This document shows, one piece after another, positions 43,097-46,523 of a stretch of DNA of 46,523 nt. Origin of the DNA: a virus (lineage: Duplodnaviria; Caudoviricetes); IMG/VR virus record IMGVR_UViG_3300037461_000766, positions 1 through 46,523 of that record. One strand, written 5' to 3'. Below the pieces are notes generated by a model. The model searched no databases and was not told where the DNA came from. It was given only the letters and a program-made list of their open reading frames with translations. Both the position numbers and the translations under genes were made by a program. Numbering within the stretch: position 1 is the stretch's first letter; each line of letters begins with the position of its first letter.

Positions 43097-43642
43097 TCAG
43101 ACGACGTCGTCCCAGTCGTCGCGGGCCTTCGCCGTGGCCGCTGCCGCCGCCGGAACGTTCTCTTCCTGCTTCTTCTCCGTGGGCGCCTGCTGCTGGCCGT
43201 GGGCGAGCTTGAGCATCTCGGCGTGAAGCGGCACATGCCGCACGTCGGGATGGTCGATCGGCCACATTCCCATGAAGGCGATCCTCAGGTACTTCTTGCC
43301 CTCGTACTCCTGCTGCTCGATCTCGATGATGATCTGCTTGCCGATCGCGTCGCCGAATGATACGTCCTTCTCCTCACCCGGCCGCAGCAGCCCGAGCGCC
43401 AGGGCCAGCCGCAGGACGCGACGCATGGCCCCATCCGTAGCCACCGAGAACCACTCCGTGTGGGTCTTGTGCTCCTGGCCGCTCGTGGTCCCGGAGAGGA
43501 CCTCGAACTCGGCCACGATCTTCGAGGGGTACTTCGTCATGCTCTCGTCCACGTTCTTGACCATGACGTGGTAGAGCCCTGGGGCCACCGCAGCCGACCC
43601 GAAATCGTCGATACTCTTCCCAGCGCTTGCGTCGAGCCTCAT
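43097..43642 (-). CDS. DUF669-like single-stranded DNA-binding protein
   Basis: P.G.YHV.V..V.E...EFEVLSG...G OB-fold pattern; acidic tail DDWDDVV; follows the Sak4-like gene; GGAGGT RBS. Confidence 0.75.
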   Translation of the reverse strand: MRLDASAGKSIDDFGSAAVAPGLYHVMVKNVDESMTKYPSKIVAEFEVLSGTTSGQEHKTHTEWFSVATDGAMRRVLRLALALGLLRPGEEKDVSFGDAIGKQIIIEIEQQEYEGKKYLRIAFMGMWPIDHPDVRHVPLHAEMLKLAHGQQQAPTEKKQEENVPAAAAATAKARDDWDDVV

Positions 43643-43827
43643 AGACACCTCCAGTGCTGTGTTGATCGCGCACAGCTCCGAAGCGTCGCGCGCCCACGTG
43701 GGTGGGTAGCCGATCGCCTCCAGTCCTGCGCGCCAGATGCTTTCCGCTGAATGCAACGCCAAAAGAGGCCGGAGAATTGGTGGCCACACAGTCGGCACCG
43801 AACCGTATGGAATCTCCGGCCCCATGT
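43643..43827 (-). ncRNA. Candidate structured RNA / attenuator
   Basis: Stem GGCCGGAGA/TCTCCGGCC enclosing CCATACGG/CTGTGTGG (with G-U pairs), then TCTTTT; downstream GCGTTGC/GCGACGC and GCTGTG/CACAGC stems next to the RBS. Confidence 0.4.
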
Positions 43828-44823
43828 TCAGAACGCCTCCGCGCCTTCCTTCTGAAGCAGCTTGCGGCCGAGCGCCTCGAGTAGCCCCGCCGCGTCGTCT
43901 CGCGTCAGCTCCGTGAGCTTCTTCACGCCCCGCTTCGCCAGCAGCGTGAGGATCTGCTCCTTCTCGTAGCCGACGTCATGGAAGAGTCGGCGGATCTGCG
44001 TCGCCATCTCCGTCGTGCACTTGGGCAAGCCGGCGGCCAGCCTGATCTTCTTGGACCCAGTCGCCGGCGTCGCCGCGGCCGTCTGGGGTGCTGGCACCGG
44101 CTCCTGCGTGGCCGGCACCGAGGGCTTCGCTCCGCTCTGAAGCCATTCCTTCACCCTGTCGATCCACGCCCCCGAGGGCTTGTTGACGATCGCTCCATCC
44201 ACGGTGGAGCAGCGCGACTTGCTCACGCGCATCGTGTGGTCCAGATCCATGTCGCAGATGACATCGAACTCGTACTCGACGCCCTCGCGCTGGACCGGCT
44301 TCATCCCGACCTTGCGTGGGATCATCTTCCCGCGCTCGTCGGGCTCCAGGACGTACTCCATCTTGGATCGAAGCGTAACGATCACGTGGCAGGGACAGCG
44401 CAAGATCGCCTCCACCATCGCCGTGTGCTGCGGCGACACGTCCCGCCATGCCGCGAAGCTGTTCGCGCTCTTGCTCTTGTCGACCTGGTCGAGCGCCCCT
44501 CCGACTCCGATCCACGCGTGCGAAAGGGAATCGATCACCAGGACGTCGTAGCCGTTGCGGCCGGCGGTTCGGATGGCGTCCTCGTAGGCCCCTGGGGCAA
44601 AGTGGGCGAGATCGCACTGGTCCCACTTCCACTGGATCCCGTCCGGAGACTCGCCTTCGTACTTGGCCGCGGAGTGGTGCTCAGTGTCAATGAGCGCCAC
44701 ACGGCCACCTGGACCCGCAAGCGCGTGGGCGAAACGTAGCGCTGTGTAGGTCTTGCCAGAGCCCGACGGACCGTCTATCGCCAGACGGAGTCGGGTCTGC
44801 TCCCGAGACACCGGTTTGAACAT
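43828..44823 (-). CDS. AAA ATPase, Sak4-like phage recombinase
   Basis: RLAIDGPSGSGKTYTAL, IDTE, VIDSLSHAW, QREGVEYEFD, VSKSR. Confidence 0.85.
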   Translation of the reverse strand: MFKPVSREQTRLRLAIDGPSGSGKTYTALRFAHALAGPGGRVALIDTEHHSAAKYEGESPDGIQWKWDQCDLAHFAPGAYEDAIRTAGRNGYDVLVIDSLSHAWIGVGGALDQVDKSKSANSFAAWRDVSPQHTAMVEAILRCPCHVIVTLRSKMEYVLEPDERGKMIPRKVGMKPVQREGVEYEFDVICDMDLDHTMRVSKSRCSTVDGAIVNKPSGAWIDRVKEWLQSGAKPSVPATQEPVPAPQTAAATPATGSKKIRLAAGLPKCTTEMATQIRRLFHDVGYEKEQILTLLAKRGVKKLTELTRDDAAGLLEALGRKLLQKEGAEAF

Positions 44824-44872
44824 AGTTCACCTCCTTTGCCGTTGTGCTGCTTTTGTCCCGTTACCACGCCCC

Positions 44873-45070
44873 TCACCACGCCCCCAGAAGTGCGGCCACC
44901 AAGACCCAAAAGAGGATCCCGAAAATGCCCACGACCAGATACGCCATCAGGATCCATGGACCGTTGCGCTGCGGCGTCGCTATTCGACGGCACCGTTCGC
45001 AGTAGCCGTCTTCGACAGCTGGCCGAATCCCGCAGACCTCGCAATAGTCCGTGTCATTTTGTGCTTGCAT
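44873..45070 (-). CDS. Small zinc-motif membrane protein
   Basis: CEVC...CERC followed by a long hydrophobic helix. Confidence 0.6.
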   Translation of the reverse strand: MQAQNDTDYCEVCGIRPAVEDGYCERCRRIATPQRNGPWILMAYLVVGIFGILFWVLVAALLGAW

Positions 45071-45335
45071 GGGCGGCTCGTGACCCTACGAGGTCAGAAT
45101 GAGTACGGCAGATCCTCTGCCTCTTGCCGCTCACCTCCGGAAGATCAACCAGAGCCTTCTCACACCACCTGGAGCAGAGGTCGCACTGGGCGATTTCCAG
45201 CCCCAGTCTGTCGACGTCGAAGCAGACGTCACACAAGGCGATCAGCCCGTAGTCGGCGTAGACGTTGTGCCACTGGCCGGCCTCGAGGTCGCAGCGGCAT
45301 CCGCTGCACTTGGTCGGCCACGTCCGATCGCTCAT
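45054..45335 (-). CDS. Cys-rich hypothetical protein
   Basis: Three CxxC pairs plus CxxH; GGAGGT RBS before ATG 45335. Confidence 0.65.
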   Translation of the reverse strand: MSDRTWPTKCSGCRCDLEAGQWHNVYADYGLIALCDVCFDVDRLGLEIAQCDLCSRWCEKALVDLPEVSGKRQRICRTHSDLVGSRAAHASTK

Positions 45336-45350
45336 CTTTTCACCTCCCCC

Positions 45351-45390
45351 AAAAAAGCCGGGCCACCCAGGGGAAAACAGGTGGCCCGGC
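45351..45390 (-). terminator. Intrinsic terminator downstream of the integrase gene
   Basis: GCCGGGCCACC-loop-GGTGGCCCGGC (11-bp stem) followed by TTTTTT on the minus strand. Confidence 0.8.
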
Positions 45391-45427
45391 ACCTAAGGGA
45401 CCACCACGCCACCACACGTCGCTCGAT

Positions 45428-46474
45428 CTACTGCTCGCCCTCCTTACGCGAGCCGGGGTCTTGCGCTGTTGAGCCACGCACTGCCCGAGTCAGCTCACCC
45501 TTGGAGAACGCCCTGTAGTGACGGAGCACCGTCTGGATCGATCGGTGATCCGTGAGTCGCATCACGACGTCGACGGGCACCCCGCGGGCGCAAGCGTTCG
45601 ACAGGAACGTGGCCCGGAGCGTGTGCAAGTGGGCGTCCTTGATCCCGGCGCGCCTTAAGGCCGCCGAGATCCCGTCGTCCGCGGTCGAGGCGCACATGGA
45701 GAAGACGCGACCGGAGACTGCCCCGCAGAAGGCCCGCAGGACGGCCACGGCGGCCTCGGAAAGAGGGGCCTCGAAGTCCACCCCGCCTTTCATGGCCTCG
45801 GCCGGGAGGGAGTACCAGCCGCGCTCGAGGTCGATCCTCTCCCACTCGAGGGCGAGGAGAGACCGCCGGCGGAGCCCTGTCTCAAGGGCCAGGATCCCCA
45901 GCGTCCTGATCGCCGGCGTGGCCGACTCCAGGGCCTGGAGAAATCGCGCCTGTTCCTCCTGGTCGAGAGCCCGCGGCCGGCGCCCCGGGACCTTGCTGGC
46001 CGGGATCGCCTCGACGGGGTTCCGCCGCAGGATCCCGCGGCGGACCGCCCACGAGAAAAACCACCGCAAATAGCCGCGCTCCTTATTCAAGGTCCGCGGC
46101 CTGACCTCGTGTGACCTCCGATCGAGAAACCCGCCAAGGGTCTTCTCGTTCAAGTCGGAAACAGGGGCCCTCGCCGGCAGGAAACGTAACCACCTCGTCG
46201 CCGCTCTCCGAAGCTCTTCGATCGTCGTTTCCGCGACGGATCGTCGAGACTCCGCCAGCCACTCTTCGACGAGGGCCCCAAATTCCTGAGCTGCCCCTGT
46301 AAACTCTCTGATCGGCTTGACGACCTCGGCCACGCGGAGCGCCTCGACGGCGCGATAGGCGAGTCGCCGCGAATCAGTGCCGAGTGTCTTCCAGATACGC
46401 CTCTTCGTGACGGTGTCGTAGACGCGCACGTACCAGTTGCGGCCACGACGGCGGAGCGAGTAGTAGCGCAGCAC
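45428..46474 (-). CDS. int: Tyrosine recombinase / phage integrase
   Basis: Arm-binding-like N-terminus (WYVRVYD...KTLGT); catalytic ETGLR, HTLRAT (HxxR), DH...V.RHY. Confidence 0.92.
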   Translation of the reverse strand: MLRYYSLRRRGRNWYVRVYDTVTKRRIWKTLGTDSRRLAYRAVEALRVAEVVKPIREFTGAAQEFGALVEEWLAESRRSVAETTIEELRRAATRWLRFLPARAPVSDLNEKTLGGFLDRRSHEVRPRTLNKERGYLRWFFSWAVRRGILRRNPVEAIPASKVPGRRPRALDQEEQARFLQALESATPAIRTLGILALETGLRRRSLLALEWERIDLERGWYSLPAEAMKGGVDFEAPLSEAAVAVLRAFCGAVSGRVFSMCASTADDGISAALRRAGIKDAHLHTLRATFLSNACARGVPVDVVMRLTDHRSIQTVLRHYRAFSKGELTRAVRGSTAQDPGSRKEGEQ

Positions 46475-46523
46475 GACAGCCCTCCCTGCCCCGTGGGAGC
46501 CCTGCCACCTGACACCACCCGTG
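46397..46523 (+). repeat. Terminal direct repeat, right copy
   Basis: Identical to 1-127. Confidence 0.95.

Larger units (their letters stand above)
1..46523. mobile_element. Complete circular temperate bacteriophage genome (lambda-like siphovirus morphogenesis, tyrosine integrase, P4-type primase-helicase)
   Basis: Ordered head, tail, packaging, replication and integration genes; no bacterial housekeeping genes; contig ends overlap by 127 bp. Confidence 0.96.

Noticed and set aside
43778-43806. tRNA-like fragment GGTTCGGTGCCG...CCACCA (minus strand)
   Set aside because: T-stem has only 3 bp, the loop is non-canonical and there are no D or anticodon arms

Overview
The window is an apparently complete, circularly assembled, GC-rich temperate siphophage genome of about 46.4 kb. 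Bases 1-127 are identical to 46397-46523, most likely an assembler overlap. Nearly all genes are on the minus strand. In transcription order they are: a small Zn-finger gene, a putative attP and a tyrosine integrase; a recombination/replication module (Sak4-like AAA ATPase, DUF669-like SSB, RecD2 helicase, ERCC4 nuclease, P4-type primase-helicase, iteron-rich origin); small accessory genes; a lambda-like cos; TerS; ten small genes; TerL; gpW, portal, protease-capsid fusion and DUF2190; a lambda-like tail (tube, G/GT frameshift, tape measure, M, L, K, I-J fusion, fibre); a ~9 kb accessory virion cassette; and holin-like genes. Two lipoprotein genes are the only convincing plus-strand genes. Main oddities: (1) one fibronectin type III domain is split between two separately translated genes, a heparinase II/III-like lyase and a LamG lectin, with a third gene between them; (2) an integrase is present but no CI/Cro repressor is recognisable, and instead there is a probably leaderless Zn-finger gene and an early operon punctuated by terminators and RNA structure; (3) terS and terL are 3.2 kb apart; (4) holin-like and u-spanin-like genes are present without a recognisable endolysin. 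All functional calls come from reading motifs by eye; no database searches were run.
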